Shown here: in pieces, positions 11,563 through 25,133 of the stretch
How positions within the stretch are numbered: position 1 is the first letter of the stretch
Layout: every line of letters starts with the position of its first letter
Source of the DNA: Chlorokybus atmophyticus
Lineage: Eukaryota; Plantae; Mesostigma and Chlorokybus algae
NCBI GenBank assembly: GCA_009103225.1
Contig: RHPI01001855.1
Span: 62,001-126,000, forward strand
Reading direction: 5' to 3'
Length of the DNA: 64,000 nt
Position numbers and translations under genes: made by a program
Notes under the pieces: model-generated
What the model saw: the letters and a program-made list of their open reading frames with translations, nothing else
What the model was told of the DNA's origin: nothing
The model's database searches: none

Positions 11563-14500
11563 ATGGGTCTGACGGGCAGCAGGCCTGAAGCAGGCGACGT
11601 GCAGGAGGAGGACTCCGACACCACCGCCCCTGCGTCAGCAGAGGTGGACTCTGACACGGCCGCCCCTGAGTCAGCCGCCGCCGCTGCCACTGTGAAGTTG
11701 TACAAGTATGAAGCCGCCTCCAAGAAGTGGAAGCTGGTGGCGGCGCCAGTGGAGCCCAAGTACGAGGACGACGCCCTCGGCCAGCGCGAGTTTGCCTGGT
11801 AACCGCCACTTGAACGCCGATTCGCTTACCAGCTCCAACTGATCACCTTGTCGAACAAGTTGCTTACCAATCACATACGTCTTTCGTGTTGTCAACGTGC
11901 TGACGCTCCATGCAAGTAGCATGTCGGATAACATGCACGTTCCGGGTCTGCATGTGTGCGCAAGCCAGGCCAACCTGACTGTGTGCACAGGGCAAGTTTT
12001 CAAGTTAGACATCATGATCAATCTGAATAGTCATGACTTCTTTTCAGCCTGGAACAGGGCAGGCACGGCATTCCTTGAGATCGCGTTTGGTGTGCTCAAA
12101 GCTGCCTGTCTGCCTTGTGCCAGTGGCATGCACTGCCCAAGCTTGGTGCTATCTCAGCCAAGGCCTCACACACGTCTGGTCTGAGAGTCAGTTGTGACTA
12201 CCATTTCGTGCGACACTACAGTTGTGTCAACAATGCATAGCTTGGACTCCAATGTCACAACTACTATTGACACGTGCGGTTGCAACAGGTACCTTACTGT
12301 GGAGCCTCAAGTACGCGTTAAAGTCAACGACAACTGCCGCCTGCACATGGATGGACACCAAAAGCTGGTGTCCTTCATCGCTGGCAGTGTCTGGGCTCTC
12401 AAGTTTGGCGACGAAAACAGGCATGACCCCCCCCCACACCCCCCNNNNNNNNNNNNNNNNNNNNNNNNNNNNNNNNNNNNNNNNNNNNNNNNNNNNNNNN
12501 NNNNNNNNNNNNNNNNNCCACACCCCCCCCCCACACCCCCCCACCCTGACAGCGCATAGTTCATGCTAATGGTTCATCCCAACAACCCTGGTTGATTGCT
12601 ATGTGTCTTTGTAGGTACCGTAAGTTCGTGCAAGACTGGCAAGACAAGCTGTTTGAGAACGCTCGCAAGATGGAGGCCACGGATGCCAACCGCACGAGAG
12701 TGTTTGCCTCACTGTATGACGAACAGTTTGTGAACTGGGCTCAAGGGCAAGACGAGGGCACTGAGTTTGGCGCTCATGAGGAGGACGAGACAGAACCCGC
12801 TGATGTAACATATGACGAACAGAAGGCTGCGCAAGTTGCGGTACGCTAATAACGCACTCAACTTGACTGAGTTTGTCTCTCATCGCCCAAGCCAAGCACT
12901 AACAAGAGAATGAACAGTGAAGTCAGAGCTCACCAATTGCACTCTGCGTGTGTGATTGAAACGGGTCCGCTGATCGTGAAGTCTTCTTTGCAGGGCTCAA
13001 AAGCAAGTTATCTTGAGGTTGGAGCCCTTGATAATAGCTTTGTTATTCGCGGGTCGGGCGTGGATGTGTACCGCAACATTCTCAACGGCGTCCAGAGTGC
13101 CGGCGTGAGCGTTAGCCTCCGCGACTCTGTGGGCGCCAGCATCACACCTCACAAAGCAATGCTGGCACAGAGGGTACGGCTCTGTTTGCTGCTTTAATCG
13201 CATAGCATTTTCATCAACTATGCAAATAAATTTGTTACTAACTGCTCAGGAGCGCTCGCTGCTGATGCTGAGTTCAGAGAGAAGGCACAGTGTCTATCAG
13301 ATGGACATAGAAACCAACAATGTTGTTACCGAGTGGGCATTCCAGAGAGACAGTAAGGACGTGCCTATGCGGGATATCCAGAGCGTCACAAAGAGCGCCC
13401 AGATGGAAGACACGTGAGTGATCAGTTCAATGCACAGTCCCATGCATGCATATCCACTAACTGAGTACAATTTTAGGAGCACTTTCCTTGGGCTGGACGA
13501 CAATTGCTTGGCACGCTGGGACATGCGTGTTGCGAGGGGCGTGGTGCAACAACTCAGCGCCAAAACGGTGTTGAGCCACGTCTGCGGGCGTGATTACAAA
13601 ACAAACGTTCAATTCAAGTGGGGTTGTGCTTTGCTGTATGCACATTACACCGAGCACATTGTCATGCCCAATTGCTCAAGCCATGGCTGCTTGCAGGTGC
13701 ATGGCAACAACTGGAGACGGGTGCATTGCTGTTGGCTCCGATGATGGCAAGATACGTCTCTATGGTCACCAGGAGTTCAACGACAAAACGAGCGCCAAGA
13801 CTACATTCCCTGGGTTGGGCTCCCCCATCACCGCCATTGACGTCACGTACAATGGACACTGGGTGCTTGCCACGACAGACCTTTACCTGTTGCTGATTGA
13901 CACTACTTATAAAGACAAGACATGCATTAAAACCGGTTTCCAGGTACAAGGGCATGCATGTCATGCCATTGCAGCAGGCAAGGTGATTCAAACTACTCAT
14001 GCATAACTCGTTCATATATCAGGCTCCCCTTCGTTCTAAGCTTGCAGCGCCTCGCCTGCTCAAGCTTCATCCCGAAGACGTGTTTGCCACAAATAGCGCT
14101 CCTTTGCGCAATGCGCGGTTGTCGTGGGTGACTGAAAATGGTAGAAATGTAAGGGGCAACAATCGCAACGTTCAAGGTTGTTATAGCCTTAGGGTGTTGT
14201 CCGTGTTAACGGGTATGTTGTCTCATTGTGACAGGAACGTTGGGTGGTGGCGTCCGTTGGTAGCCACGCAGTAGTTTGGAACTTTGCGCGCATCAAGGAT
14301 CAGAACGATCACAGCTGCTACACTCAATCTGAGGGCTTGAGGAACTGCTGCTATTGTTACAGGTATAGCCTTGTTGCCCAGATTGTTCTCGTTTCATGCT
14401 GACATGCATGCCATTAAAATGGTTCACCCAACCAACCACATTGCTATGTGCTTACAGCTTGATACCCAAGACCGAGCAGGTTGTGGCCAGCGAATTTATG

Positions 14501-14617
14501 CATGCAAATCACTCGAACTTGGGTGATGGACAGCTGGTCGTTGCCACGCCACATGCCGTGTACTCGTGCACTCCACGCCTGAGCAGGATCTCTGCAAATA
14601 GGCGACAAACTCTTTAA
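11563..14617 (+). CDS. VID27: VID27 / plant CYPRO4-like WD40-type protein, 10 exons: 11563-11798, 12289-12420, 12615-12840, 12994-13173, 13250-13413, 13477-13617, 13697-13943, 14023-14148, 14235-14362, 14458-14617
   Basis: The manually spliced exons stay in phase. They give successive family motifs: VWALKF..YRKFVQDWQDKLFEN, LEVGALDNSFVI, MDIETNNVVTEWAF, STFLGLDDN..RWDMR, CMATTGDGCIAVGSDDGKIRLY, FPGLGSPITAIDVTYNGHWVLATT, APRLLKL, SWVTENG, EGLRNCCYCY, LVVATP. The start codon is in a CCGCCATGG context. All introns are GT-AG except intron 2, which is GC-AG. Confidence 0.93.
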
Positions 14618-17600
14618 TTTCCATTGTTCCTGCAACACTACAGAGGGTAGATGTGAACTGCCGCATGGTATCACTTAGCAGCTGCAGACCACAACTTGCA
14701 GCTGCGCCGCTACCTGTAACATACAGTATGGCTGATCTCCTCCCTGTTCTTACCCATCCGCATGTCAGCATCCACTTGATTACCCCGCAACTCGCTCCTT
14801 GGCGGCCTACCCTTTGAGCCGCTGAACCTCTCTCACAAGCTCCTGACACTGCTCCGTCTACTTACCCCTCTCAAGCTGCATTTCGTTCACACCTCATTTA
14901 ACTTAGGGTGCACAGGCATTGAAGGTTGGCTCGTGGCCTCAACGCAATGGCAGACCTGCTGAGACAATTGGTCGTGCGTATAACTTACCAAGTTTCATGA
15001 TAGCAAGAACGCTAGATCCATTATTAGGAACGTTCCTGTCAGACTTGAAAATTTCTTAGTATATCACAGCTCTTAACCTTGTATGCACGGTGCAACACGA
15101 AGCTGTGTAGTTCTTATTCTTCCAATAGAGGCTACATGAACACACGTATGCTACGTTGCTGCTGTTGTTGCCACTACTGTTGTGGGTAAGCATTTCTGCT
15201 GATGTTTGCCATGTGCAACAACTGCTCACATTCCGCACATGGCGTACTATTTTCAATCTGAAACTGCAATGAATGTCAGCCTACCAACCATGCAGACTTG
15301 GAAGTCCTACAAGAACAGAATCTCGTCCTAGGCACCGCGTTGCTGGCCGTTCACGACCGACAAAGATTTAAAGCCTAATTACGAAATCAGACAGCACTTG
15401 TTTTGCTGTAGACATTGCCTGAAGCTTACACCATCAAACACTGAACGGATGGGTGCAATGGACATGTGCTCGGACAAGCTTGTGGACCCCAACCAACTCT
15501 TAGCAGTAAGCCTACGACAAGCCATCGCAACTGATCACAACTGAACTCAAGGGTAAACCATCTAAACAATGCAGCATGGCAGCTGCTGCTCCATGCCAAT
15601 GCTGGACCAGACCAGTCAACCATGGCAGCAATGGCAGAGAACCTTGCGAAGGGGGGAGTTTCGTACCTTGTCGGCCTCCCTCAAAGTAAGCCCGTCGCTG
15701 TGCCAAATGCTCAAGGCCTGACGCCGCACCGCCTTCCCGCAGAATCCCCACAGCGCCGACCGCCGATCAGCCTGAGCACAAGCGCAAGCTGCAAGCTTAA
15801 AGCTCGAAGCTTGCAAGAAAACTACTGTAACATGATGATGACTGTACTGCAGGTCGTTGAGCGGCGGCAGAGACGGCGTCGTCGTCGCTGCACGGGTCAA
15901 GAAGTTGAATTTGCAGCTGTTTTCCACCCAAGACGACTGGAGCACCTTGGTTCTGAACAGCCCCATAGCCGGCAGGCGGCAGGGGAGTTGGACGCAAGCA
16001 GGTACTGGGCGAGAATAAGCATGCAAGTCGAATCCGGTGAAAAGTTCTCCTTGGGTTGGTAATCTTGCAGGTGTTGTTCGACACCGAAGTGGTCTTTGGC
16101 ATTGCTGTGTCTGTGTCTGCCTTTTCATTCATGCAATACTGCTTCCACTTCCCACATGCACGGTTTAGCGCACGCCAACATCGCTTGCGCTTCCTACTGT
16201 TTGGAATTGAGACAACAACTGCAGGATTTGAGCCATGTCAACCAAGCCTATGTAGTTGCCCACTGCCTGGCGCTTCGCTCTACTTCAGTTTTCGTGCTTG
16301 TCCCTTGTTTGTGTTTCATTTGTGTGATACCAGAACCTGATCCCCTGCAACGCAACCTGTACTTCTCCCTGTCACTGCCGGTGGCACCAAGGAACGTATA
16401 TGGTCATTGCACTGCTCAGCATCATCTCCTGTGCCGGGGGGCATTGTATTGCGCGATTGTTCAACAACCAGTGTGCTGAGGCCAGCACTGTTCAGGCACC
16501 CCACAGTCCAGTGAACGCACGCACGCAGGCACACATCTGATTGACTGGTGTTTTTCTTGTGTTTGTCCTCTCTCATGGATGCATGTCACACGCGTTGATT
16601 GAATATGTCAACGAACAACGGCGCAGACGTTTGGCATTACTGACTGAAGTGGTCTTAAGGCTGTACACCTGCAACCTTCAACAGCAGGAATGCAGCAAGT
16701 ATAGACTAGATCAGCCAAATAAATTCAAGCAGCAGCAAGTAGCGCACATGTCACATGTCACAATGCGTATCACAACCGCAGAGCAGCATCAGCATGTTGC
16801 CAACATGCATGCTATGCAAGGACGCGAGCTCGGTGCTTTCGTTCCTGTGCGTGTGTTGCTAATGCCAGACGGAAACCACTGTGCAAGCTGTCACTTACTA
16901 TGGGATTGCACCAATCGTGCGGTTTGCGCTCAGTCCGAAGCACCACTTGCCAGGCTGCAAAGGCAGGAAACAAGCAAGTGGGACTGACAAGCCTGTCTGC
17001 ATGCATGCATGCGTGCGTGCGTGCGTGAACGCATGCATATGTGCGCATGCAATTGCATGTGTGCCCATGTCCGCATGTGGTTACGTGTACATGCATGCGC
17101 AAGCCTGCTTGAGTGCAGAAGTGCGAGCTGCGATGCTTGTCTCGATTGTTCCTGAGCGCACAGCATTTGGATGCCATCGATCCAGTGGCAGTTGTATGCA
17201 CCTGCCCGTTGTTGGAACTCTCTCTGGTTGACATGCCGACCGCAGCGGTGCACGCACCGGGCAGGGTGTAGGCGCGGACCCCATCTCCAACATGGCATTC
17301 CGCTTGAGCTGTGCAGTAAAGGCACATGAACTCCAACCCTTATGATCAGGTTGTGCACAACGTCTTCATAAGCGTGCTCAACCCGGCAGCTTCTGTTGTC
17401 TGACACGCACATGATGTCATAACGCTATGTGGCCAAAAAGGACAATCACTAGCTATAATAAGCGCCAACATCCGCGCGACAGCATGACTTGTAAAGACCA
17501 GTGTACTGTTGCAGCCACACAACTTTGCACACACGCTCTTCTGCTTGCTGTGAGCTTCCCACACGCTGTGGACACTGACCACGCTGCCAGCGTGTGCGGG

Positions 17601-18910
17601 TGGTTTCAGTGTGTTGTAGGAACAAGCGGGGGTGAGGCGGTAGTGAATCAACGAGCCTCGCTAAGTTGCTTTGCGTACATGGCTCGGTGGTTGACTGTGT
17701 TTGCTGGTTGTGTTGTGTTCGCAGGTTTGCTCGTGTGTGATGCATGCAAACAGCACCCCATTTCATCTGGTGCACAACACTAGTCCCCGAAAAGCCCTTA
17801 GCATGTTGCAACAATGCAATCAACGCACAAGTTCCTTAACGTACCAACGGCAAAACCTACCACCCTTGCATTTTGTAAACCAGCAGCACGTAATTTCAAT
17901 GCTGTGTTCCATCTTTTTGTACAGCAGTTCAACATACCTGCTATACTTGTGTATAAGTTCGTGTGTGCCGTCAGTACGTTCAGTGTTGCTCTTGAGTCAT
18001 TAGCACGGTGTACAGAACTGCGGAGGATGATGCGCACATGCATGGACATTGCACAGCACACAGCATGTATTGCCACAAAAGCTGACAACCTATTTCAGTC
18101 AAAGGGTCTGTACAGTTTAGCTGGGCGTTACACAAGATACTGTCCCCTGTGCCTGGCGTTCAAAGTGGGCTGTCAGTTATTCCAGGTCAGGTTCCACAGA
18201 TCTCTTGGTGGTCGCTCATTCCGCTGCTCGTTTGCACCACCCATGCTTGCTGGATTCCATTTAGGGTGGAACCTCACATGGCTCAGATCCTTCTCATTCC
18301 AGCGCACCCAAAGCGGTCCACCCATAGCCCCGGATCACATGTCCTCGACTGCCATGCCACTCCGATGACCTCACCACCCACCACCCACTTCCTGCAGTCC
18401 TTATGGTTGCGGAACTCTGTAGCTTATTCCGCATGCAGCATTGTACCCTTGCTCATTCAACCCTCTCACGACTCCAGACATCCACACCTCTCTCTTGCGG
18501 GAATTGGCAGCAGCTTGATCGCTACGCCGGGTTGGCGTCTTCCATGATCCTGGCCACATCGACGTTGAGGTTGACGTGGACGTTGTGCGTCCATGTTCCG
18601 GCACAATGCCTACCGCCCTGGAGCACACTGCCGACACCCACCCACTTGCACTCTCAGGCTTCCCGCACCACAGCCACACTTCGTCCACTGGCCGTGAATG
18701 ACTCTCGGTTCTGCAGATCCCTTACTCCTCGAACCAGCACAGCATCGCTTGGCCAAGCAGCCCACGCCTTGTAGGAAGAGGTAGGTATGGGCCTGCCTGT
18801 TGCCAGATGGCCAATATCACGGTTGTAGTCAAGTGCAGTGAGACTGCATGTCGTCAGTAGACACAGGTCCTACGTCTTGTCGACCGATTGGCTTGACATA
18901 CGGCTACCGG

Positions 18911-19072
18911 TACTGTTGCCCGCTCATCGTGTGCCCTTCCGCCATATATAAAGGCAATGTGTTGGTACGTAAGCCCAATATGCATTCTTCATACTGTTGC
19001 CCGCTCATCGTGTGCCCTTCCGCCATATATAAAGGCAATGTATTGGTACGTAAGCCCAATATGCATTCTTCA
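18911..19072. repeat. Tandem duplication, 2 x 81 bp, 1 mismatch
   Basis: The unit TACTGTTGCCCGCTCATC...ATGCATTCTTCA starts at 18911 and again at 18992. Confidence 0.97.
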
Positions 19073-19476
19073 ACAATTCAGTGGTGGTACTCAGCCAAAC
19101 AATGGCTGGCATAATTGAAGAACGCAGTGTCAGCTGCTGACAGGCAAGTACCTAGCTGAAGGGATGCTGGGGCGTCACGCGTTCCACTCACTGTCAGGTC
19201 TTGTCAATGTTTCAGCTTGCTGTCATTGTTCAGCTCAGCTCAGCTAGTGCGTACGATCGAATGTCAGGCGCTGGAGTGAACACCAAAATGGAATGCAACG
19301 GCAGTCGACCGTTCTTGTGCGCAACACTCCACTTGCTTGGTGACTGCATGCGCTTGCAGTGTCGCATCAAGCAAGGTCCTTGCAGTCACAGTGTCAGTAC
19401 CTGCGAAGCGGGCTTAACGCGGCGTCCCTTTACCACATTGCACTGAGATGTGACAGCCTGGTGACATCCCTAAGGC

Positions 19477-19506
19477 GAAGAAGAAGAAGAAGAAGAAGAA
19501 GAAGAA
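19477..19506. repeat. (GAA)n microsatellite
   Basis: Seen directly. Confidence 0.97.
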
Positions 19507-22500
19507 AAAGAAGGGCGGATCGTGGCTGGGCACAGCAGTGAACAAGCGCTGCACAGTCTGTCTTGCTGCTCCGAGCAGCTTTGGTAGGCGACTCTCTCTG
19601 CATTTACATACATGCCGTCCACCTCAGCTCGGCCGGACGTAACCTCTGTCAGCGCCCGCTGCTGACAGATTCAGCAGCACAGAAACGCAGAATATGAAAC
19701 CCCGCCTTTCAACGCAGATAGGGGCCTGCCCCTGCCTCCTCGGCTCTCTCGCTCTGTGTCCCGGAAGCCCTTGACGATAACGATGACGCCGGCTGAGCCT
19801 GGCTACTAGGCTCTCAAGCCTGCATGCGCAGCTGTTAGGCTCAGGTAAGAGCAGCCTGGCCTTGAGAGCCTGGCCTTGAGCCGCGTGCATGCCTCCTACA
19901 CTGCCCTTCGTTACTAGGATTGCAGCGCTCTTGTGCTTGGGCTGTATGGCATGAAATGCCAAGCTTGTACACTACAAAACCAGGGCGGTATTCAGACGTT
20001 GATAACTCACCTGTAAGTAGCTTACAATCAGTCACAAAGGTCTGCTACCACAAAGTCTTGAAGTGTCAGTCCCAATCTCAGACGTTTGCACCTGACAGTC
20101 ATTCTCTGCGCTCACTCCTCACCGGTGATACTAGTGCTGAAAGTCAGCATTTTGTGACTGGCTGTCATGCACTTCGTGATGTTCAAAAATCAGTATGACT
20201 CAATTCACATCATGCATTGCACATATGCAACAGCTTGCATTCACACTTGTGGGGCTGGCAATCAGCACTCATCGTTTAAATCAATCGATGCACTTGTATT
20301 TGTATTTCCAATGGTGCTAATTACCCAATGTTTGAATGCAAGCAATTGCACCAGTAATTGCTATTCACGAAACTATGACCCAAGTGCTGGTGATCAGCAC
20401 TTGATCGCTAATTACAAAGATGTATCAGGCAGCTATCAAGCCGCTACACACATGTAACTAGCTAGTAAAATCCGTCGGACATTCATGCGCGTCACCAGCT
20501 TGCACGCACGTGGCCCCGCCTTCTGCACCACCTTGGCCTTGCTGCAAATGCCATCCTCGCACTCCGAGCAGCCTTGTCGTTGCACGCTTTGTGGTGCACC
20601 ATGTTTACCGGCGCTGCGGTGCACAAACTGTTGGTGAACATCTTGGCGCATAGTGAACACACATATACAGCTTCAAGCACTCGTGCCTTAAATTACCGAT
20701 GTTTCCGGACATGCAATGCGGGATCCTATCTCCACATCCTAGACCTCTGTCCACGAGTTGGTCTTAACGAGCATTGCCCTGCAGCGCCTCATTAAACCAC
20801 ACTGCAATCTCACCTAGTGGACAAACAGTTCTCTAAGTTAACTTGGTCATAAAAGCCAATACCCACCCACCCACGCATGCACGCACGCGTGTGCGCGCAC
20901 ACGCGAACAGCCTGTTCTGAGACGCTACCTGTCTGCAGCACGTGGTTGTAGACATTACTACTTCCCTTTGTGCAGCGCCGCGCCTTGCCCACTAGCTTTG
21001 CACCTCAACCACAGATGCACTTGTGAGAATGACTCATTGTTCTCCTTGTAACTAGTACGCCGGGCTTGCCCAATCACTTGTGATTATCAACACCGTGTGA
21101 TATTACAACGTGTGTGCTGAGTTGTGACGTTCTCCAAGTCTTTTTGCTTTTGGACGCAAAATGGAGGTATATTAGGAAAGTAGGGCAGTTGTAGTGTTTG
21201 GCATCTACTGATTTCGATAACATTAAACATGCAATTGCCTAAGCGGGCGAGGGTAAGAGGGAAAAGATCATAGTCGGTAATGAGGGACAATGTTACATAT
21301 CAGGTTGGAGATAAGGAAGCCCGGGAAGTAGAAGATGGCTCTTCTCAGTGCTGGTAGCGGGGAGGGGAGGAGGTGGACTGAGACATGAGCACAAGTAAAC
21401 AGGGAAAAGGAGACATGAGGAGGGCTAAGAGAGAACGGAGGGATGCGGCGTGTCGCACAATTAGGGGGGACAAATCGTGGACAATGCTATGACAAAAATC
21501 ACGAGTATGCAATGATACAAACTTCACAAGCATGAGTCGTAACCCTACAGCATCACCATATTCAATTATTGTTCAATCGCGTGAAACTGGAAACAACTGC
21601 TTACCAATATCTTTAATTCAGTTGTTTCAAATTTAATACAATATGTCCATTATACAATCAACACGCACTATGCGTTGGCAAAGTTTTGCCATCTTGACCA
21701 TATGGTGTCATATTCTCTTTTGCTGACGTTATGCAATTTACAAACAACACCGTGTATATGTTGTCAAACATCTGACATTTGCATCATACCGTGTTGGTAT
21801 ACATATTGTGTGGTGCTCGTGGTTGCATTTTGCACGATATGTGTGTTACAAAGCTTCTCCTGAACATGATCACAACAACACTTTATTCCACGCATCATGA
21901 GACTTTGTACATGACACACAAGTCGAATTGATGATGTAGATACTTTGCCACCTGAACTTGCGTGCAATACACAACTCTTTACCTATTGAGTATGCAATGC
22001 CTGCCATAATGTGCCTGCTTGACTGTGGGCATAATTAACTATGGTACACGGTAATTATCGTGTACCGGTAGAAATGGGTTTCGGCAGGTCAGGCTGGATC
22101 CGCAACTTTGTTCATGATTTTGTGCAAAGTTTGTTAGGGATCCGCAAGATCCCTAATTAACTTATGGCTACATCCCCAATCTGATTCGTGCCTGTCACAA
22201 AAGCGCTTTTTCGTTGACACTTCCTTGCGAATAGATCCACAATTAAGTTGTGGCTATGTCTTCAACAAATTGCTATCTCCTCTGTCAATGCTTTATACTA
22301 TATAGATATTAAAATAAAATTGTGACCTCCTCCAACTTTTGTGACCCATGATCGAAGGCCTTAACAAGATTGTGACTTGAGCGTAATAATACTTTTTAGT
22401 TGCAGTCACAATATACTCTTGGTTAACTCCGCAACAGTGTTCCCACAACACAGTTTTGTCCTAATCCTAAGCAAGTTGGGACCAGCTCCAGTCTAATTTG

Positions 22501-22589
22501 ATGAGCTGGCAAAGGGTCCAATAAAGTTGTGGCCCCATGCGGAACAGAATTCACGCTCAAGGCATAATCTGTCACTTGCTTCTTTATCG

Positions 22590-22830
22590 CTTGCCCTAGC
22601 TCTAAATGTTATGACCGCATCCATAACTACGTTCAGCCTTACACCCAGTGTCTTCGTGTGGTTCTTGCTGAGACCGAAATCTTATGACCGCATCCACAAC
22701 TGTGTCCTGCCTTACACCTGGTGTCGTTGTGTGTTTTTTGCTAAGTCCCAAATGTTATGGCTACGTTCACAACTTGTTAAATGTTGTCACCCACTGCTGT
22801 TGTGTGAATTGGTCTAAGTCCCAATTGGTT
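22590..22830. repeat. Degenerate 73-bp minisatellite (about 3 units)
   Basis: TTATG(A/G)C(C/T)(G/A)C recurs at 22609, 22682 and 22755 (period 73). CTAAGTCCCAA recurs at 22741 and 22814. Confidence 0.8.
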
Positions 22831-22941
22831 GATTGCTGCTACACCCACAGGCACTTGAGTACACAAACTCTGTATTTACAAAGTTGCACAAAGTTCCTGT
22901 AGTTTCAGCCAGCAATGCAGGCAGTGACAACATGAAAATTT

Positions 22942-23309
22942 AGTCATATAGAGACGAAGCACTCAACAGCCCTCCAGCTTTAAGCCTCTCCAGCAGCTGC
23001 ATAGTTGCTCCTCTCTTCTCGATGGCATCCCTCGCTGGAAACCAGCTGCGATGCATCTGCGCAAACAACCAAGTGTTAGTGAAGAATGGCTGCTAACAAA
23101 GCAAGTCAGTGTATCCTCACCTGTTGCACAACAGGTGACGTGGGTGAGACTGGACCATCCCTAAACAGCTTGCGCAAATAACTGCCGAGTGCTTTCTCGC
23201 GCTGCAGGCATCCGGCGTTCACGGTGGGGCGCGACTGGGCAATGCAATAGTAGCAGCAATTCCCATCACCGTAGGCATCAAACACGCGCAAGCCTTTCTC
23301 CTTCAATAA
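22942..23309 (-). pseudogene. OTU-like cysteine protease fragment, split from its upstream exons by the LINE
   Basis: LRVFDAYGDGNCCYYCIAQS matches the OTU catalytic D..GDGNC motif. The frame joins ...GGIHLGDTF at 35037-35070 when the LINE is removed. The downstream OTU Trp/His motifs are not seen. Confidence 0.5.
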
Positions 23310-24116
23310 CCCACCCAGCCTTCTCTCAGCACCCGTTTGTTCAGCAGGCAGATCAGACTCCTAAAGTGAGTGCGCGAGGTTGAAGGGCCAGCTTCAGGTT
23401 TGTCGACGAAGTCCCCAAGGCGCCCAACAGTGTTGGCAGGCATTGGATAGGAAGGTCTCCGCTCAGCAAGCTCAGGTCTTGGAGTCTGCGCTGACGCTGC
23501 ATGAGTTGCACGCTGCCTTACAGAGCATGCCCCCGCACAAAGCCCCAGGCAAGGACGGCCTCACCACGGCGTTCTGGCGGACTGCATGGCCTCTCTTAGG
23601 GGAGGACTATTCCCTTTACTGTCAGCACGTTCTAGCGGAAGGGCGGTTGGATGAAGGTCAGCGCGAGGGGGTCATCCTCATGTTGCACAAGAAAGGCGAC
23701 CAGTCTAACCTTCGCAACTGGCGGCCCATCACGCTGCTGCCCACCCACTACAAGATTTTGGCTAAAGCTCTAGCAGTTTGCGTGGCGCCTGTGCTTCCTA
23801 CGGCAATCCACCCATCGCAGGCAGGCTTTGTGCGCCACAGGTACATCCCGGACAATGTGCTAGTGGCCCTGGACGCTATGCAGCATGCTGCACACACATA
23901 GGGCAGCGCGGTGCTCTTCTCCTGCTAGACTTTGAGAAGGCATTCGACCGGTTAGACTGGCACTTTCTAGATGGCGCGCTCTCGCATTTGGGCTTCAGCC
24001 CGACCTTTCGGCAATGGACACGCACGATGAATGGGGGGAGCTGGAGCTCGGTGCTAGTGAACGGCCACTTGTCTTCTCCCTTTTATCTGCACCGCAATGT
24101 TCGATAGGGCTGTCCA

Positions 24117-25133
24117 TGTCACGCCCACAGGGCAGGCAAAAGTCATTCTCTGTCCCTTACTTATGTGGTAAGTAAGATGAGACCAAGTGGGGACCCACAC
24201 TACGCAAGCGTGTGTAGTGCTTGTGGGTGTGCTCTCATGTAGGTCTGCTCTAGAGCCTGTGCGGCCTTGAGCATGATGAACTACACAAGGCATGATGGCA
24301 AGCACAGGGCTGATCATAGCCGATGAGACATCATGTGATGTACAGAGACATATGTGTGCATATGTCCGCATGTGTATGCATGTGTTTGCATATGTGTGCA
24401 CATGTACGCATATGAGTGCATATGCGTGCATGAGAGGTATGTACTAGATGTATGCATGTATATGCATGCATGCGCATATGTGTGCATATGCGCGCATATG
24501 TTTGCATAAGGATGTATATGTATGCATGAGTGTGATGTCCTAGGCTGATGTGACCAGCCAAGGACGTTCACAACGTCCAAGGATGATGTGTGTGATGTCC
24601 TAGGCTGATGTGACCAGCCTAGGGACGTTTACAATGTCCGAGGCTGATGTGTGATCAGTCTTGGGCGTTGAAAGAGGTCCAAGGGCTGATGTGGCAGCCC
24701 TAGACATGAGTTGTGGTCAACGCAGCCATGACAAGGCATGTAGCCTTGGACTTGGATGTTCCAGGTCGGAGAGCAGCAAAGAGAGGGTATATGAACGGCC
24801 TCAACATGTGTTGAGGCAGCTCAGCATGTGCATACTCGACTCTTGTGTGTGGGGTGCCTAGTTTAGTTGTTCAAGGGGCTCTCCCTCTCATCCCATGTGG
24901 GGTGTGATGTCCGTGGCAGCTTTGCACATGTGTGTGAGGTGTGCTTGAGTGTGTGAGTGTGTGGGAGCTGAGTAGAGAGGTTGGTGTCATCCTCTCCTTC
25001 CTTGGTGCGGTGCTGTGACTTCCTCTGCAAGGTACTGCACCAGTGACGCTGGTAGAGCTTCCAGTAGTAAGTCCTTGTGCTTGTGCATAAGTTCGCCAAG
25101 CCGCCCAGCAAGTAAGTGAGTGGTATCGTTACA
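24117..25133 (+). repeat. 5' LTR of element 1
   Basis: Direct repeat of 31801-32817 with about 20 substitutions by manual count (~2%, mostly transitions). It contains 60-bp internal tandem repeats and ATGC-rich low-complexity sequence. Confidence 0.97.

Noticed and set aside
15300-16500. GC-rich segment with splice-like signals on both strands (for example MAENLAKGGVSYLVGLPQ, KKLNLQLFSTQDDW)
   Set aside because: I could not assemble a phase-consistent gene or recognise a domain. It may be a real gene and needs RNA-seq.
20436-20680. Cys-rich minus-strand ORFs (CSECEDGICSK; VCSLCAKMF)
   Set aside because: Too short and not matching a zinc-finger spacing I can name.
24314-24580. His/Met/Cys-rich ORFs in both LTRs of element 1 and in other ATGC-rich tracts
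   Set aside because: These are translations of low-complexity (CATG/TGCA)n DNA, not proteins.
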